The notes under the pieces: generated by a model
What the model was told of the DNA's origin: nothing
Databases searched by the model: none
What the model saw: only the letters and a program-made list of their open reading frames with translations
Shown here: positions 31,706 through 40,653 of the stretch, piece by piece
How the letters are laid out: each line of letters starts with the position of its first letter
How positions within the stretch are numbered: position 1 is the stretch's first letter
IMG/VR virus record: IMGVR_UViG_2706794911_000004
Coordinates: 32,001-96,000 of that record
Length of the DNA: 64,000 nucleotides
Origin: a virus
Taxonomy: Duplodnaviria > Caudoviricetes
Strand: one strand, 5' to 3'
Made by a program: the position numbers and the translations under genes

Positions 31706-32314
31706 TTACCTCGTTTCTGTAGACACTGTGATATGGCTAGTACCTAAAAATGTAGTGGTGTCAATACTAAGTAACTTAAACTCCTTGTAGCTGCCATTAA
31801 TCTCGATACTAAGCCTATCTGTATTACCAAGCTCCAAATACGGAGCATGTACTTTATAGATCATTTCATAATGTTGTCCATGTTTCTTCTGCTCAAGCCC
31901 GCCACCGATAAACTCAATATAAACTTTGATATCACTGTACTTATCAACAGGACTCCTAGTAATATTACCCTTCGTATCTGCTGATTCAAATATTGTGAAT
32001 ACCTTCAGCTTGCTATTACAGGAGATCATCCTTGTGATAGTAGTAGCCAGAGCACCCTCTATTACTTCTGGGTAATTAGCCATTACGAGGTAGTGCTCAG
32101 ATGTAACGTTGTTCCTAACAATCATGCCATTTTTCACCTGTAACTCGGGAAAAAACTGACCCTGCCGGTGAGATTCAAGTGATATCTCACTAAAAAACTG
32201 TCTGGTAGCCTTACCCACCAAAGCTGTTGTACTGAAAAGCTCATTGTTACGCCCGTCAAATACTGTAACAGGTAAACCTTCATCTTCTATAATCTCACGT
32301 TTGGTTTCTAACAC
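31706..32314 (-). CDS. Head closure protein
   Basis: Synteny; beta-rich. Confidence 0.5.
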   Translation of the reverse strand: MLETKREIIEDEGLPVTVFDGRNNELFSTTALVGKATRQFFSEISLESHRQGQFFPELQVKNGMIVRNNVTSEHYLVMANYPEVIEGALATTITRMISCNSKLKVFTIFESADTKGNITRSPVDKYSDIKVYIEFIGGGLEQKKHGQHYEMIYKVHAPYLELGNTDRLSIEINGSYKEFKLLSIDTTTFLGTSHITVSTETR

Positions 32315-32748
32315 TATTCATCACGCTCCATCTTGGCTAACGCCATTAATGCAGAGTCAGGGACTACCACTTCGACAGTTTCAATGTTTGCTAATGCGTG
32401 TTCAAATAGACCTAAAAACTCAGCAGCTAGTGCCTGCCAATCAACTTTACTACGCTCCCAGCTAACTTCAATAGTGGATACCTTATGCTTCAGTCTGTTA
32501 GCCATAGTAAGGCATAGTAAGTAGCTCATGTAGTACTGGACAGCGGCCTCTAGGAACATTAGATCAGATTCATCTGTTATCGTACTATAGGCAGGTACTC
32601 TCTTGATTACCATACTTTCTGATAAACCCGCCACCCCTTTAGATTGGATGGATTGATCAGAGAGCTCGCTCTTCTTAACACTTAGTTTAGACCTTACCTC
32701 AGTTTCAAAGCCCTCTGTTAGTATTTTTGGCTCATACATTAGTAACAC
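32314..32748 (-). CDS. Head-tail adaptor
   Basis: Helical 144 aa, downstream of capsid gene. Confidence 0.55.
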   Translation of the reverse strand: MLLMYEPKILTEGFETEVRSKLSVKKSELSDQSIQSKGVAGLSESMVIKRVPAYSTITDESDLMFLEAAVQYYMSYLLCLTMANRLKHKVSTIEVSWERSKVDWQALAAEFLGLFEHALANIETVEVVVPDSALMALAKMERDE

Positions 32749-32751
32749 GTC

Positions 32752-33222
32752 CTAACATAAATAGGTTATAGAAATAACAGGTCTGCTGCTTGAGCTTATT
32801 TTAAATGGGTCACCTGAGTCATATAGAGTGCTTTCACCTGGCATTAAGGGTATAGGGCCCGCATTGTCATTAAACTCTACCTGTGCAGATCCTCCGTACC
32901 TTACGTCTATTACAACACGCTTGGTGCCGTTCATTGGCGTAAAAGTCTTTTGCTCATTTAACCTAGGCTGATACGTGAACTGGCATATCTCTATCATTTC
33001 ATACTGAATTTCACCTTCGTTTGATTCCGCAGCACTATTACATATTTCACCAACACTATCACTTTCGCGAACACCCTTATCATATTCACCAACTTGTGTA
33101 TCAGTTTCTTTATTTATACAATCACTTAACATTTCTTCTAGTTTAGTGTTCGGCATCCTTTTAAGCTTAGACATCTCATAACCGTACTGTGTTAGCTTAC
33201 TTATAAGCTCTTGCTTAATCAA
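32752..33222 (-). CDS. Hypothetical protein with short helical (HeH/Rho-N-like) N-terminus
   Basis: KQELISKL...G...KLEEML N-terminus; directly after MCP. Confidence 0.45.
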   Translation of the reverse strand: MIKQELISKLTQYGYEMSKLKRMPNTKLEEMLSDCINKETDTQVGEYDKGVRESDSVGEICNSAAESNEGEIQYEMIEICQFTYQPRLNEQKTFTPMNGTKRVVIDVRYGGSAQVEFNDNAGPIPLMPGESTLYDSGDPFKISSSSRPVISITYLC

Positions 33223-33241
33223 AACTATCTACCCCCTTGTA

Positions 33242-33268
33242 AAAAGACCACTACTTGTGTAGTGGCTC
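33242..33268 (-). terminator. Terminator after major capsid gene
   Basis: ccactac-ttgt-gtagtgg hairpin plus A-tract on + strand. Confidence 0.6.
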
Positions 33269-33276
33269 TCTAGTTA

Positions 33277-34260
33277 TTATGAAAAAGTACCTAGCGGAAC
33301 TACCGCATCTGAAAACAAGAAGCCTGCCACATTTGAAATCATTCTCTGGTCAAACCATCTTTCAGCCTCAACAACAGTAGCCCTTCTACTAGTCTCATAC
33401 CACTTTCTAACCTGTACTGGCCCCGCCCCATCTTTATTCCACATAAAGCTGTATGCCAAGGCAGCAGTTTTCTTACCTGGTCTACTAGGAATATAAGCAA
33501 GTACTACTGAATTACCCCAGATGTAATCTAAAGGCTCTAACTGTCCTGCCTCAACTTGACCAGGGTTATTAACACTGGACACAAGAGCTGAACCGACCAA
33601 AATCTGGTCTACCCCAAAAGCTGTAGACATTAAGTCAGTGGTAACAATACCTTTCTGCACATACTTTATGATGTCTACTAATTTAGGATGTAGCTTTAAA
33701 ACATTCATAACAGGCTCTGACATGATAATAGTATTTGCTCTTAGCCCAGACTTCTTATGAATAGCTTCTCTAGCTTTTTGAACGTCTAAAATAGGGTCAG
33801 AATTTGTGTAGTCAGACCACTTAGCTGGAGCACCCGCTGCACCCAAAGTGATTCTAAGATCAGCGTGGTATGCATTAGGATTCAGCACCTTGTTAGCCGC
33901 GTCCACTTCCTTGTTCATGAGAATACCCTCAGTAACTAATTCTGTACCCTCAGTTTCTAGGTTAAACTCATCATCGGCATTTTGCTTTTCTTCGTCGGCG
34001 ATTGCATGTCTTAAAGCATGGCCCTCAGCAAAGTAAGACTCATCTGAGAATGTCCAGTTGATCTCGTTTGCTTCTGTACCAGGTGCTCTGTGGTCATCAT
34101 TAGTTCTGAACCTTTCCATACCATAAACATAGAATCTGTCAGATTGCTTGTTTACTACTATAGGTTTAAAAATCTTATCTCCAATATACTGCTCATTGCT
34201 GTACCCAATAGAAATGTTGGACAGAGCTTTGTCTATATGAAGTCTTTGTACTACTGGCAT
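33277..34260 (-). CDS. Major capsid protein (lambda gpE-like family)
   Basis: LSNISIGYSN, RAPGTEA, KWSD..SDP..D, LKLHP motifs; 327 aa. Confidence 0.9.
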   Translation of the reverse strand: MPVVQRLHIDKALSNISIGYSNEQYIGDKIFKPIVVNKQSDRFYVYGMERFRTNDDHRAPGTEANEINWTFSDESYFAEGHALRHAIADEEKQNADDEFNLETEGTELVTEGILMNKEVDAANKVLNPNAYHADLRITLGAAGAPAKWSDYTNSDPILDVQKAREAIHKKSGLRANTIIMSEPVMNVLKLHPKLVDIIKYVQKGIVTTDLMSTAFGVDQILVGSALVSSVNNPGQVEAGQLEPLDYIWGNSVVLAYIPSRPGKKTAALAYSFMWNKDGAGPVQVRKWYETSRRATVVEAERWFDQRMISNVAGFLFSDAVVPLGTFS

Positions 34261-34289
34261 CTACGTCACCTCAACTCTCCAAAAATTTA

Positions 34290-34703
34290 TTATATCGTAA
34301 TTACGTGGTAAGCCATTCTAACAGGAATAACGTCACCATCCTCGGCCGCCTTCTCTGCAAAACCTAAAACATTGTATGTTCCTGCATCACTCGGTATAGC
34401 CTTAGCTACCCCGCCAGCACCTAGTATTACCCTACTCATAGCAGGTATGACCCCACTAGCCTTGATAGAAGCAATGCCCTCAAGTTTTACAGCAACATTT
34501 CTGTTAGTCTGGCTGCCGCCCGCACTAAAAGCAGAATCATTAGCTCTCTCATCGTTATCTATAACACCTAAAGGTATCTCATTGTCAGCAGTAGGCTTCT
34601 TGCACTTATTCTCACCAGAATGTACTACCCCAGTATATAGCTTAACACCGTCTGTATCTTCAATCTGATAAGTCTTTTGAAGTCTTGTAAATTGACCCGC
34701 CAT
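34290..34703 (-). CDS. Capsid decoration/cement protein (DUF2190-like)
   Basis: LGFAEKAAEDGDVIPV C-terminus; directly before MCP. Confidence 0.75.
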   Translation of the reverse strand: MAGQFTRLQKTYQIEDTDGVKLYTGVVHSGENKCKKPTADNEIPLGVIDNDERANDSAFSAGGSQTNRNVAVKLEGIASIKASGVIPAMSRVILGAGGVAKAIPSDAGTYNVLGFAEKAAEDGDVIPVRMAYHVITI

Positions 34704-36136
34704 TATTCTTCATTCCTTTCTTTCAACTGCGCGTACACAATTTTAGTAGCTTCCCCTATAGAAACTTTATTCTCAGTGGCATACTTAGCTGCCTCCGCCG
34801 CCACATGATCCCTAAACTCCTGCTCATCCTCAAAGTCTTCTTTAGTAAGATTCTGACCTTTCTCACCTTTAACTCTAGTTGTACTGATCTTAGTACCCTC
34901 AAACTTGCTCTTTACTTCTTTCTCAAAGCCTTGTGCGACTTCTTTGATTTCATCGATAGAAAGAGTACCCAAGAACCTTTCATACATAGCCTTGTTGAAA
35001 GCATTACCTTGTGCTCTAACACCTAATTCTAATGTAGAAGTTGTTAAATCACTTCGATAAGTGTCCGCAAGACCTGCTTTCTCAGTCAACTTTTCATTCT
35101 CAGTAGTTAGCTCTGCAATTGTAGCATTCTTAGCTTCAATAGACTTCTCTAAGTCAATCTTGCTATCTGTGAGTTCAGTTACAGATGTTTCATGCTCTGA
35201 GATTTTAGCCTCGTACTCGCCCACCTTAGTATTTAGATCACTAAGCTGAACATCAACGTCTGACTTATACTTTTTCAACGAAGCAACAAACTCTTCGGGC
35301 TTATCAGACTGCAAACCAAATACAGATTTAATTTGTTCTAGAAATTGCTTAAAATCCAACTCTTCACTCCCTTTCATATTCCTTTCTGGTGTATCGGTAA
35401 AAAATACCGGGCCATCTTTTGAGTAGTACATTGATATAATACTCTCCAGAGGAACATTCTTTATATTATCTACTACATATAGGTTAGTCCCCTTATCAAA
35501 TTCCTTAACACTTTCAGTAGAAAAATTACGAACAATACTTGCTCTGTCACACGCCCCCGCGTACACCAGAGAGTTTTCAAGTAATTCACCCTCACCATCC
35601 TCACCTACAATTACAAGACATGTAACAGCTTCGTCACCTTGATCAGTCTCAACGACATACTTTCTACCAGGTATATGCTCACATTTCCACCACTGTCTTA
35701 TGTCGTTACCACAGATACTGCACTCAAAAGTCTTGGCGTTAAAACCTATAGACGTATCAAAAATTGTACCTGCATCTATGCCTTTTGAGACATCATCTGT
35801 AGTCATGCCACTTTCGGTGTTCCTGCCTAAATCCATGTAAAAGCTACCATAGACAGACTTAATAAGGTCGCCACCCTCAGTTTCTTCCTCCACCAGTCTT
35901 GCATCAAAAGACCTACCTATAGGTAACTTACAATTATCGTGTGACATCAGGAGCCCTACGCCCCTGTTGGCATCTTTAGTAAACTTGCGTAACAAATTCT
36001 CATGAACAGTTGAGTAATAAGACGTAACGCCTGTATCAATCATCAAATCATCAAAGACATAAGTGTTTTCCTCAGTAAGAGGCACCATTGAAAATTTATT
36101 AATCTTCTCCAGTTGTTGTGCTGTTGGTTTTGGCAT
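34703..36136 (-). CDS. Prohead protease-scaffold fusion
   Basis: SHD...PIGR, DTSIGF, CSICG...CEHIPG, ENSLVYAGA; C-terminal coiled coil. Confidence 0.8.
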   Translation of the reverse strand: MPKPTAQQLEKINKFSMVPLTEENTYVFDDLMIDTGVTSYYSTVHENLLRKFTKDANRGVGLLMSHDNCKLPIGRSFDARLVEEETEGGDLIKSVYGSFYMDLGRNTESGMTTDDVSKGIDAGTIFDTSIGFNAKTFECSICGNDIRQWWKCEHIPGRKYVVETDQGDEAVTCLVIVGEDGEGELLENSLVYAGACDRASIVRNFSTESVKEFDKGTNLYVVDNIKNVPLESIISMYYSKDGPVFFTDTPERNMKGSEELDFKQFLEQIKSVFGLQSDKPEEFVASLKKYKSDVDVQLSDLNTKVGEYEAKISEHETSVTELTDSKIDLEKSIEAKNATIAELTTENEKLTEKAGLADTYRSDLTTSTLELGVRAQGNAFNKAMYERFLGTLSIDEIKEVAQGFEKEVKSKFEGTKISTTRVKGEKGQNLTKEDFEDEQEFRDHVAAEAAKYATENKVSIGEATKIVYAQLKERNEE

Positions 36137-36151
36137 TTATTCATCTCCTCT

Positions 36152-37621
36152 CTATTCTTCGGTATTTCCGCCCGCCTGTGGGTTAGTGTCTGTAGTACCC
36201 GCAGGTGTTTCACCATCACCATTAGTGGGGGTTGTATTGTCTATAGGCCCATCAGCTACTGGGGCGTGGCCTACTGCCAGCTTAGCTGCTTCCTTTTGGT
36301 CTATCCAACCTTGATCACGCATAAATTGTATATTTATAAGTTTAGTCTGCCTAAACTGTTCCTGTTCGAGGTCACTACGAATTTCTGACGGCTTAAATTT
36401 AAACTCAACAACACCTTGAAGTCCCTTAATATTCAAGAAAAGTGTCAAAGCCCTGCTTATAACTCGCTCTACTACATTTTGGATACCTTCTATACCCTTC
36501 AAGTAAAGCTTAATCTCAAGCTTTGCAAATGACTCAGTGTTACCTGTAGACCTTCTTCCTAGTATAGTAGATAGTGTCTTTAAACCTGCTGTCACTAGAC
36601 CATCTAAAGCACTCATTAGCTTATCTGGATCTATCATCGCCCCGCCACCTTTACCACCACCAGCAGTATCTACTGTCACTGAATTAAAGTGTACAAAGGC
36701 ATCATCCGGGTCTAAGTTATTATACATGTTAATAATCTCATTTAACTTATCACTTAACCACTTTTGCTTCTTTGCTTCGTTACTCCTGATACCTATGGGC
36801 ATACGGTTTAAAAGAACTTCTTCGAGAATCGTAACATCAAACCTGGGGTAGCCTTGATTGTGAACAACTGCTTTTATATCGTTTAACACTTGAAGTTGAA
36901 ATAACACTATGTTTAGTGCACCTAGTATTGGTGATCTACCATACGGGTCATCAACCATAGCGTCTAATTCCTCGTAGAAAAATGTAGGACTGTCTAAAGA
37001 TATGCTCTCATCATCTTGATACGGCACGTATCTGTCATTCTCAAACAAAAAGTCTACAGTAACAGGGTCTACAGGAGCTAAGAAAGCCACATCATCTAAA
37101 CCGTCTGTTAAAACTAGTTCCATAGATGCCGCCCCACGTACAACTGTTGTAAGTATTAGTTGATTTAACACTTTACGTATATCTCTAGAGCTCTGAAACT
37201 GTTCAACATTCGGTTGTGCCAGTCTCTTAATAAGTAGATCAACTTCTTCCTTACCCTGCTCAAATTCGTCATCATTTTCTACATTAGTGACACTAATAAC
37301 GTACTCTGAGTTAGCCAGTCTGACAAAGTTCCAGACAGCAAATGACACATCTGGATGAGCATCTATAAGTGCATCAGTCAAATCTTCTACTGAGGATTTA
37401 CCTAACTGCTTGTCATCTAGTTCTAGATCCTGCTGTGTTTTCCTAGGTAAAGCACCAAAACTACCGCCGCCCCCAATCGTAAAGCGGGGGATAGTAGTCC
37501 TAGAACCACCAAAATCTGGGACAGAATCATACTCAGGAGTATTTGAAGTGGATATTTCACCACTTGCATAGCTAGTTTTTATATTCTTAATAACACTGCC
37601 TAATTTGGTCAAAAATTTCAC
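36152..37621 (-). CDS. Portal protein
   Basis: DDPYGRSPI motif; 489 aa; directly upstream of the protease. Confidence 0.85.
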   Translation of the reverse strand: MKFLTKLGSVIKNIKTSYASGEISTSNTPEYDSVPDFGGSRTTIPRFTIGGGGSFGALPRKTQQDLELDDKQLGKSSVEDLTDALIDAHPDVSFAVWNFVRLANSEYVISVTNVENDDEFEQGKEEVDLLIKRLAQPNVEQFQSSRDIRKVLNQLILTTVVRGAASMELVLTDGLDDVAFLAPVDPVTVDFLFENDRYVPYQDDESISLDSPTFFYEELDAMVDDPYGRSPILGALNIVLFQLQVLNDIKAVVHNQGYPRFDVTILEEVLLNRMPIGIRSNEAKKQKWLSDKLNEIINMYNNLDPDDAFVHFNSVTVDTAGGGKGGGAMIDPDKLMSALDGLVTAGLKTLSTILGRRSTGNTESFAKLEIKLYLKGIEGIQNVVERVISRALTLFLNIKGLQGVVEFKFKPSEIRSDLEQEQFRQTKLINIQFMRDQGWIDQKEAAKLAVGHAPVADGPIDNTTPTNGDGETPAGTTDTNPQAGGNTEE

Positions 37622-37642
37622 TGATTCACCCCCCTACGCACT

Positions 37643-37672
37643 TAGTATAGGTACAAACTGTAAAAACGTAAC
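37643..37672 (-). promoter_or_regulatory. Putative late promoter GTTA-NN-TTTTTAC-N8-CCTATACTA
   Basis: Same architecture at 40586-40615. Confidence 0.6.
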
Positions 37673-37696
37673 GCAAAATAAAAACTTTTTTAGCTA

Positions 37697-37726
37697 CTTA
37701 ACTTGTCTAAGTTTGTAAGGTATATA
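37697..37726 (+). promoter_or_regulatory. Phage-specific promoter CTTAACT-N15-GGTATATA
   Basis: Perfect consensus upstream of the DnaC-like gene. Confidence 0.75.
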
Positions 37727-37787
37727 ACTATAAGAAAATGAAACAGTTTGCAGAAAGCAAAATTAACCTAGAAAGGGGATTGTATGA

Positions 37788-38504
37788 GTGAGATACTCTA
37801 AATGTAATGATTGTGTATTTAGTCACAGATGTGATATGAAAGGCAAAGAAGGTATAATACAAGAAGAAAGGGGTAGACTTTTTCAGTGTGCTATTTGTCA
37901 TAAGTATAACGCAGTAAATGAATGTTATAATGGAATGAATATCCCCCCGATATATAAAGAAGCTAGTATAGCTAATATATACAAAGAAAGATTGAAGGAT
38001 TTATTTAATGAACTCTTTACCCCACCCACCAAAATATTTGATGAAAGGTTAAATATTATATTACATGGTACCATGATGGGAGCAGGTAAAACATATGCTG
38101 GCTGTGCAATGTTAAATGAGTTCCTGTACTTTATAATAGAGCATATTAACTTATTAGCATTAAAAAAAGATAAAGAGATAAGTGAACTAGACCCTATATA
38201 CTTTATAAGATTCAGGGACCTATCAGAGCAGGCAAGAAACTTTAGATTCGACTATGAGACAAAAGAAATGCTTAGAAAAGCTAAGGAATCTTGGTTAGTC
38301 TTGCTAGACGATGTTGAGGTAACTCCTGACGATATACACTCAATAAACCTATTATCAGACATTATAGAGTCTAGATACAACATAGGTAAGCCCACTATAA
38401 TAACTACAAGTATGGACGATATAATCGACATCGAAGCAATGTTTACAGCTAAAGCATGGTCTAGATTAAATAATAATATTAAGATAATGAGACTCACAAA
38501 ATAG
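37788..38504 (+). CDS. DnaC/IstB-like AAA+ helicase loader
   Basis: Walker A GAGKT, Walker B LVLLDD, IIESRY..KPTIITTS, WSRL; N-terminal Cys cluster. Confidence 0.85.
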   Translation: MRYSKCNDCVFSHRCDMKGKEGIIQEERGRLFQCAICHKYNAVNECYNGMNIPPIYKEASIANIYKERLKDLFNELFTPPTKIFDERLNIILHGTMMGAGKTYAGCAMLNEFLYFIIEHINLLALKKDKEISELDPIYFIRFRDLSEQARNFRFDYETKEMLRKAKESWLVLLDDVEVTPDDIHSINLLSDIIESRYNIGKPTIITTSMDDIIDIEAMFTAKAWSRLNNNIKIMRLTK

Positions 38505-38514
38505 CTACTACTTG

Positions 38515-38538
38515 AAGGCCCCTCACCTAGAGGGGCTT
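38515..38538. terminator. Bidirectional terminator between convergent replication genes
   Basis: gcccctc-accta-gaggggc hairpin. Confidence 0.65.
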
Positions 38539-38543
38539 ATTTA

Positions 38544-39929
38544 CTAGAATTCATAGTAATCTACTTTAACTTCCCTATTATTAGGGACACTGGAGTGGTC
38601 TGTATCCTTCTGAAACAGCTTATGCGTATTCTTAGCTTTCCACTGTTCACCTAAATACATATTATAAACGCCCTTTATTATAAAATTATTTAGCTTATAT
38701 GGGTACTTTCCCCCCGCCTTTTCTACATTTTTAAAAGAGTCAAGTAGGTCATTTAGAGAATATTTCTCTCTTGCCTCCACATAACTATCTAAAAACTCAC
38801 TAGTCATGTCACTATTAGTCATTTTAGTAAAAGGATATGCTTTATTAATACCTTTTAGCTCTTCCCTTAACAGCTCTTCACCTATACCTAACTTATCAGC
38901 ATATATCTTCAAGGACTTCTCACTACTAGACTTCTTTTTGGTGGCGGGCTTAGGATAGCCTCTATTAATAATATTTTCAATAATATCTACACTAACGAAA
39001 CTAGTAGGACACATTAACTTATTAGTACCCTCTTCAAGTTGTTTAAGGTACATATCTAAAGCCTTCATTATATCGTTATGAGTATAAGCCTTTACACAAT
39101 CAATATAACCTAAATAGAAGTTCCTTAACTTACTGCCTTCCTTGAGAGACATTCTATTAGGGATAATATCTAATAGCTCAAGACTATTCTCTATAACATC
39201 TAGAGTAGTATGCTTCATCAAGTAGCTAAATAGAGCATCATCACCTACAAACATTGGAGGTCTTTTCAATTGAATTTCATTATCATCTGCCCCCTCCTTA
39301 GATTTCTGGGGTAAAATAATACTATTTTCTAAATGCGAAGCATTATCAGTTGTGCTAACACTATAGGCTATAGGAGAATTATTTTCTGCTACCTTTAGCT
39401 CATCGTTTAACTTATTTCCATAATTATCCATATGACCTGTATGTTTTGTATGTTTAGAAGAAGTCTCTGAAGAAGTCTCTGTATTACTAGAGCTAGTCAA
39501 TTTGACAAATTGGCTTTGGCAATCTGACAAATTGGCTTTGTCATTTTGACTAAGGGGAATTGTTAATCCGAGAACATTTTCAGTATTTTTAAAGATATCA
39601 TCTAGCACTTTATAATCAATTCTATACCACTTCGTTCTGTCAGAGGCAACAAGGTTATATTTGTCACTTGTTATTAGCAGTTTCTTAGTCTCCAGTTTTT
39701 TTATAGCTCTGACAATGGTGCTGTTACTCCAGAATGGGAAGTTCTTTTCCCATTCTACGTAGCTATTATACGTCCAATAGTAACCATCTCTTAAATTGCT
39801 GTTTTTTGCTTTATTTTTTAGTACCCAGTAGTTAATTTGTTGTAATATTATAGCCTCGTTTAGACCTATCTCAGCCGCTAGTTCTGGTATTACTACCAAT
39901 GGTTGGGAGTCTAATAATATTTTACTCAA
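38544..39929 (-). CDS. Phage replication initiator (winged-helix N-terminus)
   Basis: LAAEIGLNEAIILQQINYW...WTYNSY..W...FPFWS..TI.RAIKKLE...DRTKWY.IDY. Confidence 0.85.
   Translation of the reverse strand: MSKILLDSQPLVVIPELAAEIGLNEAIILQQINYWVLKNKAKNSNLRDGYYWTYNSYVEWEKNFPFWSNSTIVRAIKKLETKKLLITSDKYNLVASDRTKWYRIDYKVLDDIFKNTENVLGLTIPLSQNDKANLSDCQSQFVKLTSSSNTETSSETSSKHTKHTGHMDNYGNKLNDELKVAENNSPIAYSVSTTDNASHLENSIILPQKSKEGADDNEIQLKRPPMFVGDDALFSYLMKHTTLDVIENSLELLDIIPNRMSLKEGSKLRNFYLGYIDCVKAYTHNDIMKALDMYLKQLEEGTNKLMCPTSFVSVDIIENIINRGYPKPATKKKSSSEKSLKIYADKLGIGEELLREELKGINKAYPFTKMTNSDMTSEFLDSYVEAREKYSLNDLLDSFKNVEKAGGKYPYKLNNFIIKGVYNMYLGEQWKAKNTHKLFQKDTDHSSVPNNREVKVDYYEF
39496..39550. repeat. Iterons inside the initiator gene (putative origin)
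   Basis: GTCAATTTGAC, GGCAATCTGAC, GTCATTTTGAC at 22-bp period; TGACAAATTGGCTTTG twice. Confidence 0.65.
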
Positions 39930-40476
39930 TATAGTCCCCTCCCACGTACTGCCTATTTTTACGCTCTGTGTTGACTTTATACCCGCCCTCTGCTGGCTTT
40001 ATGATCTTACCTGTTGAAAGTGCATTATCCATTGCTTCAACTACGTTGCAAAACAGGTAGCTTCCATCATACAGTCTGGGTAATCCGCACTCCCTCTCTA
40101 GCAAGTTCATCACATTACCATCTGCTCTGTACTTATCCCTGAGTTTTGATCTAGCTATAGTTGCGTTACATCTATTTATATAATTATTGTAAACAGGCTT
40201 GAATCTGTTCACTTGGTATGCCCATAGTGCATCCAGTGACTCTGGTTCTACTAATGTTATATAGTAGCTGTCAGCTTCTATGTCTTTAGCTTTAGCTAGT
40301 ACTGAAGCTAAGCCAGTAACTGACCTCCCTATATATATAATTTGGTTGTCCTTAATAAGGAAGTACACCATGTTAAGATTTCCCAACGTATCAATACTGC
40401 TACTCTTTTCCAGTATAACCTCTAAGGATTCTTTCATCGCAGTACCTGCAATTTCTTTCATCTTGTTTTTTTCCAT
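39922..40476 (-). CDS. GIY-YIG-like nuclease-domain protein
   Basis: VYFL.....IIYIGRS and .FKP.YN motifs; catalytic Arg/Glu look degenerate. Confidence 0.55.
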   Translation of the reverse strand: MEKNKMKEIAGTAMKESLEVILEKSSSIDTLGNLNMVYFLIKDNQIIYIGRSVTGLASVLAKAKDIEADSYYITLVEPESLDALWAYQVNRFKPVYNNYINRCNATIARSKLRDKYRADGNVMNLLERECGLPRLYDGSYLFCNVVEAMDNALSTGKIIKPAEGGYKVNTERKNRQYVGGDYIE

Positions 40477-40622
40477 AAAAATACACCCCCGATAAATTTT
40501 TAGTTCTCCGTATTTTAAAAATGGTGGGGCGGGTGGTTACGGAGGATCACCACTTTTTTCGATAGCTAGTCTAGCCCCACATAAATAGTATAGGTCAGTC
40601 TTGTAAAAATCTAACCTATTTT

Positions 40623-40652
40623 TATATACCCGAAAAACTTTATTTTGTTAAG
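40623..40652 (-). promoter_or_regulatory. Phage-specific promoter CTTAACA-N15-GGTATATA
   Basis: Consensus match upstream of the GIY-YIG/rep operon. Confidence 0.65.
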
Positions 40653-40653
40653 C

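Noticed and set aside
27193-33222. Contractile tail sheath gene
   Set aside because: No ORF of suitable size or motif between neck and tape measure
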